Source of the DNA: Octopus sinensis | Lineage: Eukaryota | Assembly: GCF_006345805.1 (NCBI RefSeq) | Contig: NC_043000.1 | Location: forward strand, 102,300,001-102,364,000 | DNA length: 64,000 nucleotides | Reading direction: 5' to 3' | In this document: positions 1 to 11,469 of the stretch, piece by piece | How the letters are laid out: each line of letters opens with the position of its first letter | Position numbering within the stretch: the first letter of the stretch is position 1 | Program-made: the position numbers and the translations under genes | The notes under the pieces: model-generated | Databases searched by the model: none | What the model was told of the DNA's origin: nothing | Seen by the model: only the letters and a program-made list of their open reading frames with translations

Positions 1-417
1 TAAGGTTCTGGTGAATTTATTTATGTAGCAGAAAGTGTCTGCATTTATTGAATATCTTTTATCTGACATACAGATAGTCATACCGAATTATCAAAATTCA
101 TCATAAGTATTAAATTGTTCTTAGCACAACATAAGATGCAATTTTAAATTTCATTTCTCTATGGCTTACATCATTGAACGATTTTCTATTTGATGCATTA
201 TTTTAACGCCTTGACATCGTTGGATAATTTGTTTACGGCCGCTTTTCTGTATCTGTGAAAGTAGAAGTATGTTTAGGTGGACATCACTGTATATTTCAAA
301 AACATTGGCAAAAGTTTATTTTTTCTATTGCCATCCTAAGTATATTGCAGTGTGATTCCTTTCTTTAAGTAATGCATATGTAGAATTTACAATAATAAGT
401 GCACACACATATATATA

Positions 418-1263
418 CTAGCTGACGTACCCGGTAATTCCCAGGAAAGCGGGGCTTATCCCTTGGTTCCGTTCTTATAATTGTTTCAATAATCCAATAA
501 CAACAATAGGGCGTATGTAGCTCTTATAACGGTTTTTGTGCATTTACAGAGAATACCGAACTGTCTTACACAGGATCTTGTTTTTAGGAACTCCCAATAA
601 GGTATGAATGCCCAAATTGTGAAGTCAGTTATATAATAATATGAAATTAGTTACCCAATAGTAAGAATTCAAATAAAACAGCCCCGAAAAGGGCTTTAAT
701 GCGTTCCCATAGTATATAGAACTTAAGAGGAAATATTAATAAGGTATGTATACTAAAATCGTGAAGCATGTTACGTAATAACAGGCTAATCAGATTTGAG
801 ATAATAACAATTCAAAGTAAATAACTCTGAAAAAGGCTTTTGTGCGTTCTCAGTGAATATTACCCTCAGCGGCGCTAGTGTTGATATATTCGGGAATAAG
901 TCACTAACCGAAATAAGTGGATCTATTGCTTAGGAAAATGCTATTTAATTGTTTAAGGGTTGTATTGGATAAATTGCGAAAATAACTAACAGTTCAAATA
1001 CTAAGAAATAAACATACTCAATTTGATTTATACCAAATAATTTAGGAAAATGAATAGGTTATTTGCCTTGGCTATATAAAAGAATCCCTTCCAGGGGTCC
1101 TATCATCGATTTTTTATAAACAATCTGAGTATGCCATGAGGTTTCCAGACATAAGTTTTACTCACGTATCAAGTTTCATCAAAATCGATAAAACGATATA
1201 GGAGGAGTTAGCTAACAACTCCACAAACACAGCAACAGACAGAATTCTCCAAAAATGTAGTAT
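418..1263 (-). mobile_element. Non-autonomous Helitron-like element (diverged)
   Basis: CTAG at 418-421 (3' end on minus strand) next to a GC-rich 'gtacccgg..ccagg' segment; 'aagtttcatcaaaatcg..acaaacac..acagacag' block near the other end as in non-autonomous Helitrons; internal diverged ~143-bp duplication (601-710 vs 743-855). The canonical 5' TC is not clear. Confidence 0.5.
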
Positions 1264-1276
1264 ATGTATATATATA

Positions 1277-1443
1277 TACAGGGTTGGCCAAAAGTCACTT
1301 GGCAGTAAATCAAAATTCTATAAATATTTAGTATTCAATTTTATTTATTCATTCCAGTTATAAATGTTTAATAATTGAATCATGTGAGTTAAAATCACCA
1401 TTCTTTTTCAAAATTCCTCTACTTATTAACGATTTACTGTCGG
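1277..1443. mobile_element. Tc1/mariner-type MITE remnant
   Basis: TA-CAGGGTTGGCCAAAAGTCACTTGGCAGTAAATC terminus; partial inverted copy 'gatttactgtc' near 1431-1441; sits in a TA tract. Confidence 0.45.
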
Positions 1444-1814
1444 ATATATATATATATCCATAGATGCTATGAACAGTAGTGACATCTGATTTCAAATCTC
1501 AGTGTTTCAATGTTTTGCTTATATACATATATACATACATATATATATAAATATATATGTATATATCCGAGTTTGTATGATTTTGTATGGGAGAATAGAT
1601 TGTCAATTGTGAAACATGCCTGTCACTACATAAACCTGATGACTGTGTAAAGAATGAAAGAAGTAGTTTGTTTCAATGTTGTAAAATTGTAAAAATTGCA
1701 AATAATAAAACGGGAAATTCAGATCTAGTTGAAATTTCATTGATTAATGTATGTGTGTGTGTGTGTGTGTGTGTGTATGTATACACATACATACAGGATA
1801 AAAAACAGGGATAA

Positions 1815-2050
1815 TAATTCCTTCCTGCGTCATGTTGGCTCATAGAGCTGGTTTCCTGGTTTCTATAGAGCATATCGTCCCACTGGACAGTAAACTAGTC
1901 CTACGCAGGATTACTCATTTTTGCCACCTGAGCGGACTGGAGCAACATAAAATAAAGTGTTTTTCTCAACAACACAAGGCTCCGCGTGGTCCTGGAATCG
2001 AAACCACAATCTTAGTTTCATGAGTTTAACATCCTAACCACTAAACCACA
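1815..2050 (-). mobile_element. tRNA-head SINE, family A (V-domain-like)
   Basis: On minus: A-box-like 'tggtttagtgg', B-box-like 'gtttcgattcc', 'gttgctccagtccgctcag' core; homologous to 25568-25828 and 38045-38359. Confidence 0.75.
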
Positions 2051-2334
2051 CTATAATATATAGCTTACAACACCTTTGAACAAACTGCCTTGGAGTGAAT
2101 AAATCAGCGATTGTCCAGTCAAAATGGCTTCTACCAGCATTAATAGATTAAAAGGTGTAAGGCAAAAAGAGAAACGGCTGAAAATATACCTTGTGCACTC
2201 CTCATATTTGCAACGTCTGCGGGCTTCTTTGCCAATCGGTGGCGGGACTGAAATGTCACATTCAGCATAACCATTGTTACTGACAAAGTGTAGGTTGTCG
2301 GATCCTCATACGTTATAAGTGAAGGGAGAATATA

Positions 2335-2411
2335 TGTGTGTGTGCGTGTGTGTATATATATATATATATATATAATATATATATACATATATATATATAC
2401 ACATATATATG

Positions 2412-2500
<89 letters not shown>
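2335..2500. repeat. (TG)n/(TA)n microsatellite
   Basis: Directly visible. Confidence 0.95.
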
Positions 2501-2504
<4 letters not shown>

Positions 2505-2509
2505 AATAT

Positions 2510-2992
2510 AAGAGAGTGGTCACTATATGGCTCACTCTAGCACCAGTTAATCCAAAAGGTTTCAACCACAAAAATACATGTTTCCCATGAAAGTCAGTAC
2601 GATTGTTAGCTCACACGGACAGGGCAAATAAAAAATAACAAAAATACAGATTATTTTGGGACAATTGTTTCGCTATTAATGAATTAAATGTAATTTTACT
2701 TACAAAAAAATCCACTTGTAGCTCGTCAGCCAAAACTATCTGGATGAAATCCACTCAATCACACGCCAGATTTTACCATAACGATAAATACGCGTGTGGT
2801 TCAATTGATTACATCCGACGTTATAATTCAAATGCCCCAACTAACAGCGCGCCAAACTTTCACGGAAAACAAATACAGCATTTAGAAATAAATGCAGCAT
2901 AATTATAATTAATTAATAAGGGTGAGAGAATTAGATACTAATTTAATAGTATATCTATTCAACACCAAGTGGCCTAGTGCTCCGAGAAACCT
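2510..2992 (-). mobile_element. Hammerhead-bearing (TA)n-embedded unit, Penelope pLTR / retrozyme-like
   Basis: ~480-bp non-coding unit flanked by (TA)n on both sides and containing a complete type I hammerhead on the minus strand; class assignment is inferred from the known PLE/retrozyme-hammerhead association. Confidence 0.55.
2647..2742 (-). ncRNA. Type I hammerhead ribozyme (minimal, palindromic stem III)
   Basis: Minus strand reads cagatagTTTTGG-CTGACGA-GCTA-(43 nt)-TAGC-GAAA-CAATTG-TC-CCAAAAtaatctg. Core is intact, stem I is 13 bp with one mismatch, stem II GCTA/TAGC, and the GUC cleavage triplet is at 2662-2660. Confidence 0.85.
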
Positions 2993-3438
2993 ATATATAT
3001 ATATCATAGATCAAGATTTGAGTGAAGCAGGCACTTAAATGGTAAAGCACCAGGTCGGGTCAATAAAATTGTGTACATAATAAGAATAGAGGATACGGAA
3101 ATACAGGTAGGAAGATTTTCAGGTTATGTATACGGTTCACTGTACCCGACTGAGTGCATCATAAGCTAAGCAGGAAACGCGCATTGCACGAAATGTACGG
3201 TCAATAGTATACTTCACATCTATGCAAGAAGGTTCCGAGTGAGGTGAATAGTAAAAAAATATATAAATAACAACAGATGGATAATACGTTATTCCACTTA
3301 TATTCACTCGACGAAAACGGGTTTTCCAATGATGTAATGTCTCCATTGATCAATTAAAAAACTCATTAGAAACAGCTGTAGTGTATTGACACATTATCCA
3401 TCTGTCGCTATTATGTATACATATATATATGTGTGTGT

Positions 3439-3493
<55 letters not shown>

Positions 3494-3596
3494 GTAACAA
3501 CAAAAAAATGACACCTCGATATTAGAGAAATAAAGGATTATATATATATGTCATAAATTAGAATAAACAGTAAAAGGTTGTCATTATAGTACTTGG

Positions 3597-3860
<264 letters not shown>

Positions 3861-4067
3861 TGTATGCACATTCGCACATACACATTATCAGATATTGAAT
3901 GGAAAACACGTTATCATACGAATAAGGACCCAAAACGAAGTCACGTTCAACTCTCATTTTCCAATAATGCTATACGCTTAACAATATTTAATCTGCATAT
4001 ATTTGGAGTTAGGGCATAACTCTAAATATATGCAACGTTAAAAGACGCCTCATAAAATGTAAGCAAT

Positions 4068-4263
4068 CAGAAAACTGATTATTGATATTTCGAGTCCTTT
4101 ATTCGATCGTTTCAATTTTCTTATAAAACTCTGAGATTTTATATTTTTGTAATATAACAATCTTATTTTTCATAATATTATATATTTATAATTTTTTTTC
4201 GAAAATTGTGGAATTTTAAAATATCATACTGAAGGACTCGAAATATTAACAATCTGTTTTCTG
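4068..4263. repeat. Inverted-repeat-bounded mini-element (MITE-like, 32-bp arms)
   Basis: cagaaaactgattattgatatttcgagtcctt (4068-4099) vs aaggactcgaaatattaacaatctgttttctg (4232-4263), 3 mismatches. Confidence 0.75.
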
Positions 4264-5122
4264 TGACTACTTCAATTTAAGATACATGCATGTATGCGTG
4301 TGTGTATGTGTATGTTTGCGGGTTGTATAAACGGTGTATGACGCCATGTTACCGCTCAAAAGCGGGAACGACTTTTTACTGTCAAACGAATTCTAAAGTG
4401 AAGAGAACTAGACTAATCTCGCAAGAATTATCTTAAATAATTACAAAGCATAGACACATACACTTATACACACATACAACACAAACACACATGTGCACAC
4501 ACGCACACATACAGACACACAAACACGCACATACCTTTCGACTACATTTTATAACGTCTCTATGTAACTCTATAACACTATTAATACACGTCATTATCTA
4601 ACTTCTTTCTCGTTAAGTCTCTCTTCTTTCAATCAGTTTCCTGTTTTCATTCTAATTCTCACAGTATTCTTCTAACACACACAAACGCACAAATACAACA
4701 CTCCTTTAACACATACACACATTCTTTTATACGCAAACACATACACAATCTTTTTATATTCTTCTATCTTTCTCTTTGTGTCTACTCCTCGCCTACGTCC
4801 CCGACTTCGGGTTCTTTATTCCATTCACAGTTTAAAAAGAAACATTAGGAATATCTTTCACGGTTGACGTCTCTAGATAATATCTAAAATATCTTAATCT
4901 ACTTGGTAATACAATGAGAATTTTTGCCGTGTATTGATAACAAACATCGTAATTTAAATTGTTGCTGCTGTTCTCGTTGTTGTTAGGCCCACATCAACTT
5001 TGATCAATCAGAACTACGATCAAAGGCGTTCCAACCGTGATCATCTCGTCTTTTACTCCGACAACATTATCTGACATAGAAATAATACATTTCTAAATCT
5101 CTCAGAGAGATTTATGCAGTAG

Positions 5123-5173
5123 CAGCACGGACTGATGATGAGCAATGACTCTGAAACTAATCTCTGAATGCTG
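5123..5173 (+). ncRNA. Degenerate type I hammerhead ribozyme
   Basis: cagca-cgga-CTGATGA-tgag caatga ctct-GAAA-ctaa-TC-tctg-aa-tgctg. Stem I pairs; there is a U-U at the base of stem II and a C-A mismatch in stem III. Confidence 0.55.
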
Positions 5174-7190
5174 GCTTTGCTGGGTGGAGGTGCTTGTCTC
5201 CACTTTGAAAATATAAGGACACAGGAAATGTGTCAAGTCCAACAGGAAACGGTCTTTCCTAGGGCTAAATAACTGTTGCATTCTTCCCTTTCATGGAACT
5301 GTCACATTAAGTTGACAACATACTATCACATTATCCGACGTAACCTTCCATTTTTCTTTTAGACTATAGGCTGAGTTTTAGGGAATATTTAGAGCAATCC
5401 CATGGGGTACTCTTTTATTCATTTATCATACTTTAAGATGTTTATCCCCAGATTAGCTCTCATCATGTAGACTAGTGATCATAGACGTCCAGTTCTTGGT
5501 CATCAGGTATATGTAAAACTGCTGGGTGTGGATTAATGGGATTTAGCTTGTATTTCTAGCATGTGAACTAGACGTGATGGCTCGTTCAAAATTTAAATGA
5601 AATTGCTTGGTGATTTGTTTTAGTGGTAGGTGATAGCCTGCTTCTAAAATAAATGAATGATTCTGCAATTCGACTTCCATCATTTCATGAATCAACCCAA
5701 TTCTAACTACCCATGATTTAAGATTTCCTATTACGAAGAACAATCCAACTCCATAAACCTTCCGTTTTTTGAGAATGTTAAGTAACTCCTTGGAACTACT
5801 ATCAAAGAAGAAGTCGAAATAACGATCTATGATGTTTGGCCTCGGTCTAAACAACAGTAACGACCTCGCGACGTATCGTTTTTCATTCGACCGTTAAAAT
5901 GGTGTATGAGCGAAAACAGACTAAACGTTTGACTTAAAATGTTCTCCTGGAATATGGAAACAAAGCATTATGCTGTATATTTTAAGATTAACTTTCATAT
6001 TGAGAACTACAAGATACTTTATAAAAGAACCTGAACAAGTCATCTTAGAGTGAAGGATCACCTGTAAATACAGTTATGACTGTAATTAAATTCGCTTAGC
6101 GTCACTTGATCACGTGTTCAATCCCATCACGCAGCATTTTGAGCAGTTGATTTCCATCATAACTCTGGGTCGACTCAAGATTTGTGATTGAAATTGCGTA
6201 GATGGAAATTGTGTCGAATCCTCTCGGATGAACTGTAATTGTACCTATTCTTGGGTGGATGACTTAATCTATCACCACACCCTGAGGCTAGCGTGTATAT
6301 AATGGAGTTGGCTCTCTTGCAAATATTCGCATCAGGGCTCCGATTTGAGGGTATCATGAGCATCCTTCCTCCAATCACTTCAATATCTTACATGTCTCAG
6401 TCGTTCTTCAGACAATCATGAGCGCTGTCATACCTGTTCTATGTCATAAAACATGAAGATAAACATCCCCGCCGCTCATAGTTCCAGAGAGAAGTACATA
6501 TTATATGTGCCCGAATGCAGGAGGCATTTTTTTCAGATGCTCACAACTTCAACTACATAGGTAATGCAGTTCATAGAACTTCTGTCGTTGTATGTTTATT
6601 GAAATGGAGTTCACTTATGGCGGCCTAAAAAACCATTTCATGATCTTTTCTAGGAGGCATTCGGATGAAGGATTGCAAACAATTTCGAACGGTTTCTCAA
6701 CTGGCTGTGCCACACGTTAACCGGGTGTCATGCACACAGATTTTACAGGTGTGATAGCACAACTAGTTATATGTACTCTAGTTGGTGCGAAAAATACAGA
6801 AACCATTTCATAAATAACAAAATGATGTTTAACACTTCAGAAATACTACTAGATATCAAATATATCGCTAGACGTTGTATATAACTGCGTAGTGATATCT
6901 GTTTATCAAACGTAGCTACCGCAGCTGAAAACGGATGCATTCTTTCGTATTTATATCTACTTTGAAACAATAGAACGAACGCAAAACAATCATTTACTTA
7001 CATTAATGATAGCTTAAATTTCCGATGATAAGTCTAAGTTCACCACTTAACGCCCATTTTCTTTTCAATTTATTGCATTAAAATTGAATTTATCTTCATC
7101 TGAAAAAAGCGGAAAAGATTGAGTAAGTCACATCCAGATTTACGCGTGTGTGTGCGCATATATGCGTGTGTATAAGCGCACGCGTGTGCA

Positions 7191-7237
<47 letters not shown>

Positions 7238-7829
7238 GTGTGTGTGTGCGTGTGTGCATGCGTGCGTGTGTGCGTGTGTATAAAACCCTGGAGTAATATA
7301 AAATATGACAGGCAACGCTCTGATTTCCATGAATTCTTCATAATGGGAAGGAAAAAAGAAAACAAGCGAAGAACAATTAAACAGGAAATCGATTTATTAG
7401 AGAAAGACATTTATGTTGGTAGCGACCACAGTTAGCCGCCCTGTTGTCAAATAGTGAGGGGAACAACAATAAAAACTTTTACTGGCAGAATGTAGCGTTA
7501 TATGACAATCGTATTATTAAAGATATGGTGTTGGAAGTGAAAAAATGGCAGACGCATTAAAGCTTTGAGATAAATAAATAAATAAATAAATAAATAAATA
7601 TATATATAAATATATAAATAAATAAATAAATATATAAATAAATAAATAAATAAATACAGTATTACTACAGTATTTGATTTCCTCCAAAGCGTTTTTTTTT
7701 TCTGTCCGAATGTTTCTGAGTTTCAATAATATGTATTACTTAAAGGCTAACCGCCAATAATAACTAGCTTAAAGTCTTAATAAACAAGTGGTTTTAGCTG
7801 CTTTTTAAGACGAAGCTGATTGCAACTTC

Positions 7830-8028
7830 AGAATTATTATTATTATTATCATCATCATCGTCATCAATCCTTATTAATATTTTTCTCGTTTTCTTTCTTC
7901 TTCTTCTCTTCTTCTTCTTCTTCTTCTTCTTCTTCTTCTTCTGCTTCTTCTTCTTCCTCTTCTTCTTCTTCTTCTTCCTCTTCCTCCTCCTCCTCCTCCT
8001 CCTCCTCCTCCTTCTTCTTCTTCTTCTT

Positions 8029-8089
<61 letters not shown>

Positions 8090-8121
8090 TATTATTATCA
8101 TTATAATTATTAATATTATTA
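7830..8121. repeat. Compound (ATT)/(TTC)/(TCC) microsatellite
   Basis: Directly visible; explains the poly-R/K and poly-S/F ORFs. Confidence 0.95.
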
Positions 8122-8520
8122 AAGCGTCGAGCTGGCAGATTCGTTAGCACGCCGGGCGAAATGCGTAGCCGTATTTCGTCTGCCGTTACGTTCTGAGTTT
8201 AAATTCCGCCGAGGTCGACTTTGCCTTTCATCCTTTCGGGGTCGATAAATTAACTACCAGTTACCCACTGGGGTCGTTGTAATCGACTTAATCCGTTTGT
8301 CTGTCCTTGTTTGGCCTCTCTGTGTTTAGCCCCTTGTGGGTAGTAAAGAAATAGGTATTTCGTCTGCCGCTACGTTCTGAGTTCAAATTCCGCCAAGGTC
8401 GACTTTGCCTTTCATCCTTTCGGGGTCGATAAATTAAGTACCAGTTACGCACTGGGGCCCATATAATCGACTAGTTCCTACCCCCACAAATTTGAGGCCT
8501 TGTGCCTCCAGTAGAAACGA
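8122..8520 (+). mobile_element. Dimeric SINE, family B (Nin/Deu-domain-like)
   Basis: 'gagctggcag..gttctgagttcaaattccgccgaggtcgactttgcctttcatcctttcggggtcgataaattaagtaccag' occurs twice; same layout as 30772-31169. Confidence 0.85.
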
Positions 8521-8549
8521 CTTTTTATTATTGTTGTTGCTGTTATTGT

Positions 8550-8760
8550 TAAGGCAGTGAACTGGCAAGATCTTTTGCGCGCCTTTTGTGCATTTCTTCC
8601 ATCTCTTTACGTTCCGAGTTCAAATTCCACCGATGTCGATTTTGCTGTTCGTCTTGCCGAGATTGACAAACATATATACTCGTTGAGCTCTGGCGTCGAT
8701 GTAATCGATTAGTTCCCTCTTCCAAAATTTCAGACCTTGTGCCCATCGTAGAAAAAATTA
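8550..8760 (+). mobile_element. SINE family B monomer (diverged)
   Basis: aaggcagtgaactggcaag..gagttcaaattccaccgatgtcgattttg..aaaatttcagaccttgtgcc. Confidence 0.7.
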
Positions 8761-8763
8761 TTA

Positions 8764-8794
<31 letters not shown>

Positions 8795-9034
8795 TATTAA
8801 GCCAGTGGAGATAGACCATTGTCATGCTTTTTGTTAGCCTTCCAGGCTGATAAGTTTTTGAAGTACTAAACGCTGCTTAAGTTTTTGAAGATGGAGCACT
8901 CCAAGGAAAATGTAGAACGATGGCACCTTTACGCTATTACTTAGTTTCCTAGAAATATCAGTCAACTTTCTGAAAAAAATATTACTTTATGATCTTAAGA
9001 AGAGATTGGTGCATTTGTCAATGTAGGTCTAGAT

Positions 9035-9346
9035 CATAGGTTGTCGAAGTGGGCGCTACCGCCCTTCGGTGGGCGTTGAGACGGTCCATGTGGGTGCTGG
9101 TGCCTAAGAGGTGGTAGAGAAAAGAGAGGCACTGGGAGGAAGGCAGTGGATTGGGTGACGCTATGAATTTATTATATCATTATAGTATTGTATACAAATT
9201 ATGTAATATATTAAATATCAAATGATTCATAGTATATATAAATTAGTTAAGTATAATATATTTATACATAAAAATAGGGGTGGGACGCTGAGGGTATTAT
9301 GTGGTTATGAGGTGGGGCAGTGACCCAAAACGTTTGAGAACCTCTG
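9035..9346. mobile_element. hAT (Charlie/Buster-type) MITE
   Basis: Perfect 8-bp TSD GTCTAGAT (9027-9034 and 9347-9354) matching the NTCTAGAN Charlie/Buster target; termini cataggttgtcgaa / tttgagaacctctg. Confidence 0.8.
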
Positions 9347-9384
9347 GTCTAGATAGTCTGAAAAGAATGACAATTATAAGCGAA

Positions 9385-9742
9385 GATATGTCAGTGTGGT
9401 AAGAAGTTTGCTTCCTAACTACGTGATTCTGGGTTCAACCCTACTCCATGGCACTTTAGGCATGTCTAATCTACTATAACCTTGGGCTGACCAAAGCCTT
9501 GTGAGTGGATTTGGTAAACGGAAAGTGAAAGAATACCGTCGTATATATATATATATATACATATGTGTATATGCGTGTTTTCGCGTTCCGGTAACTTAGC
9601 AGTTCGGTAAAAGTGATCGATTGAATAAGTACCATGTTTTAAAATAATAAGTTCTGGGATCGATTCATTCGACTAAAATCCTTCAAGACTGCGCCCAGCA
9701 TGGCCATAGTCTAATGAATGAAACAATTAAAAGATAAAAGGA
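9385..9742 (+). mobile_element. tRNA-head SINE, family C (internal microsatellite)
   Basis: gtgtggtaagaagtttgcttcc..ccaaagccttgtgagtggatttggta..(TA)n..gtaacttagcagttcgg..cagcatggcc..tgaaacaattaaaaga; homologous to 55265-55720. Confidence 0.8.
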
Positions 9743-10129
9743 AAAAAACATCTAGACCTGCTCAGCTAGAACACATTTCATGGGAGGTGATTTCTCGATA
9801 AAGCCAACATGCAGCTATACAACAGTAGCAAAACATCGGTCAACAAAAATATCAGTTTTCATTGAGAGGGAGGTAAGATACAGCAAAGGTAATGATAAGA
9901 AATGCTATAGACGGAATACATAGACAGAAGTAAGGTTGTCGGATATGGACAGGTTTTTACTTTACGAAATTTAGTAAATTTGATTTCGGTAAATTCAATC
10001 ATGAAATTTAGTAGATTTTTCAAATTTACATTTTGTGCCAATTAGAAAATTTTCAAATTTATTGCTTTCATTGCGAGAAATTTAGCATTATAAGAATGTT
10101 TAATAAAGACGGAATTTATTCATAAAAGT

Positions 10130-10414
10130 TTGTTGTTGTTGTTGTTTGTTCCTTCTCAAGCCATGCCTGGCTCATAAGGGCCGGTTTCCCGGTTTCATTG
10201 GCATATAGGTTCCCCACCTGGACGGTGAGGTGTTAGATGCAGGAGGAAAGAGTGAGAGAAAGTTGTGGTGAAAGAGTTAGCAGAAGTTTGCCATTACCTC
10301 CTGCTGAAGCCGCGTGAAGCTTAGGTGTTTCGCCCATAAACACGCACATCATCCGGTCTGAGATTCGAACCCGTTAGAGTCCGCTGCTCTAACCACTAGG
10401 CCATGTACCTTCGC
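10130..10414 (-). mobile_element. SINE family A
   Basis: tRNA-like head on minus (tggcctagtggttagagcagcggactc..gggttcgaatctc); flanking direct repeat ttcataaaagt (10119-10129, 10415-10425). Confidence 0.8.
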
Positions 10415-10545
10415 TTCATAAAAGTCTGATGTGTGCTTTATTAAACTGGAGTAAAATAATTTCAGACAATGGTGATCCATTCTCATGTTTTAGTGAGTTG
10501 TGACTCGTAAGCGTCAGTATTTGTTTTAAATTTGTTTTGTTAAAT

Positions 10546-10908
10546 TTTTATCTCCGCCTTCGGAGATAAAATTGTTTCCAGTCGTGTTTGTTTGTTTGTC
10601 CGTGAACAAGATGTCTCAAGAACCGCTGAATGGATTCGAATGAAACTTTCATGGATGTTTGGCCTTGTGACTGGCACGAACTGGTTAAATTTTGGGATCG
10701 ATCTGGTACGGGACAAGGATTCTGGATTATTTTTCCTGTTTTTTTACACAATTTTTGAGAGCAGTCGGGTTCATTTTTAACATTCTCGTTTGTGAGAGTA
10801 GTCAAGTTTATTTCAGATATTCTCATTTTAAAAACCATCTCTGGCTAATCATTGAGAGGACGTTGGTGTTACCTTTGCTGAGGTTTGTGCTCTCTGAGTG
10901 CTCTTGTT
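10546..10908 (+). mobile_element. Helentron-associated non-autonomous element (HINE/DINE-1-like)
   Basis: Begins in a T-run with 'tatctccgcc', followed by (gttt)n-gtccgt and 'gatt..atgaaacttt'; ends with subTIR 'gctgaggt', hairpin 'gtgctctctgagtgc' and TT. Confidence 0.7.
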
Positions 10909-10943
10909 ATAATTATATTTCTTTTATATTTATAGGCGCAGGT

Positions 10944-11390
10944 AGGCGGCGAGCTGGCAGAATCGTTATCGTGCCGGGGAAATGCAGTATTATTCTTATT
11001 TACGTTCTGCGGTCAAATTCCGCCAAAGTTGACTTTCCCTTTCATCCTTTTTGGATTTATAAAACAAGTACCACTTGAGCACTGAGTGGTCTGGATTGAC
11101 TTTTGAGCAATTGTCTTCTATTGCCCCAGGCCAACCATACCTGTGAATGAATTTGGTTGGCAAAAACTCTATGTAAACCAGCTGTACATGCATGTGTGTG
11201 TGTGTGTTTTTCTACTTGTCCACCTGATAATCGATGTTGGTTTGTGTAGCAGTTCGTCAAAAGTGACCCTTAGAATAAGTACCAGGTTTTAGAACTAGGT
11301 ACTGAGGGTCGATTTATTGAACTAAAACATTCAAGGCGGTGTCCCAGCATGGCCACAATCCAATGAGTGAAAAAGCAAATAAATACAAGA
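10944..11390 (+). mobile_element. SINE family B fragment followed by SINE family C fragment
   Basis: aggcggcgagctggcagaatcgtt..tttcatcct then gtgaatgaatttggt..cagcatggccacaatccaatga. Confidence 0.7.
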
Positions 11391-11469
11391 TATAATCTAA
11401 TACACAGATCATAACGGATGAGAAAAAGAGCGATAAAAATAATAGGTCAGAGGGTAGTTCAAACAAGAA

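Noticed and set aside
1610-1650. GAAACA-tgcc-TGTC followed by CTGATGA (type II hammerhead order)
   Set aside because: Stem I (actacataaac) cannot form a hairpin and stem II does not pair.
5543-5854. 103-aa minus-strand ORF
   Set aside because: No recognisable domain; at most a faint mariner-like 'LKKRKV' segment, which is not enough to call.
7794-8150. Poly-Arg/Lys protamine-like ORF
   Set aside because: Translation of (GAA/GGA/AAT)n microsatellite running into a SINE.
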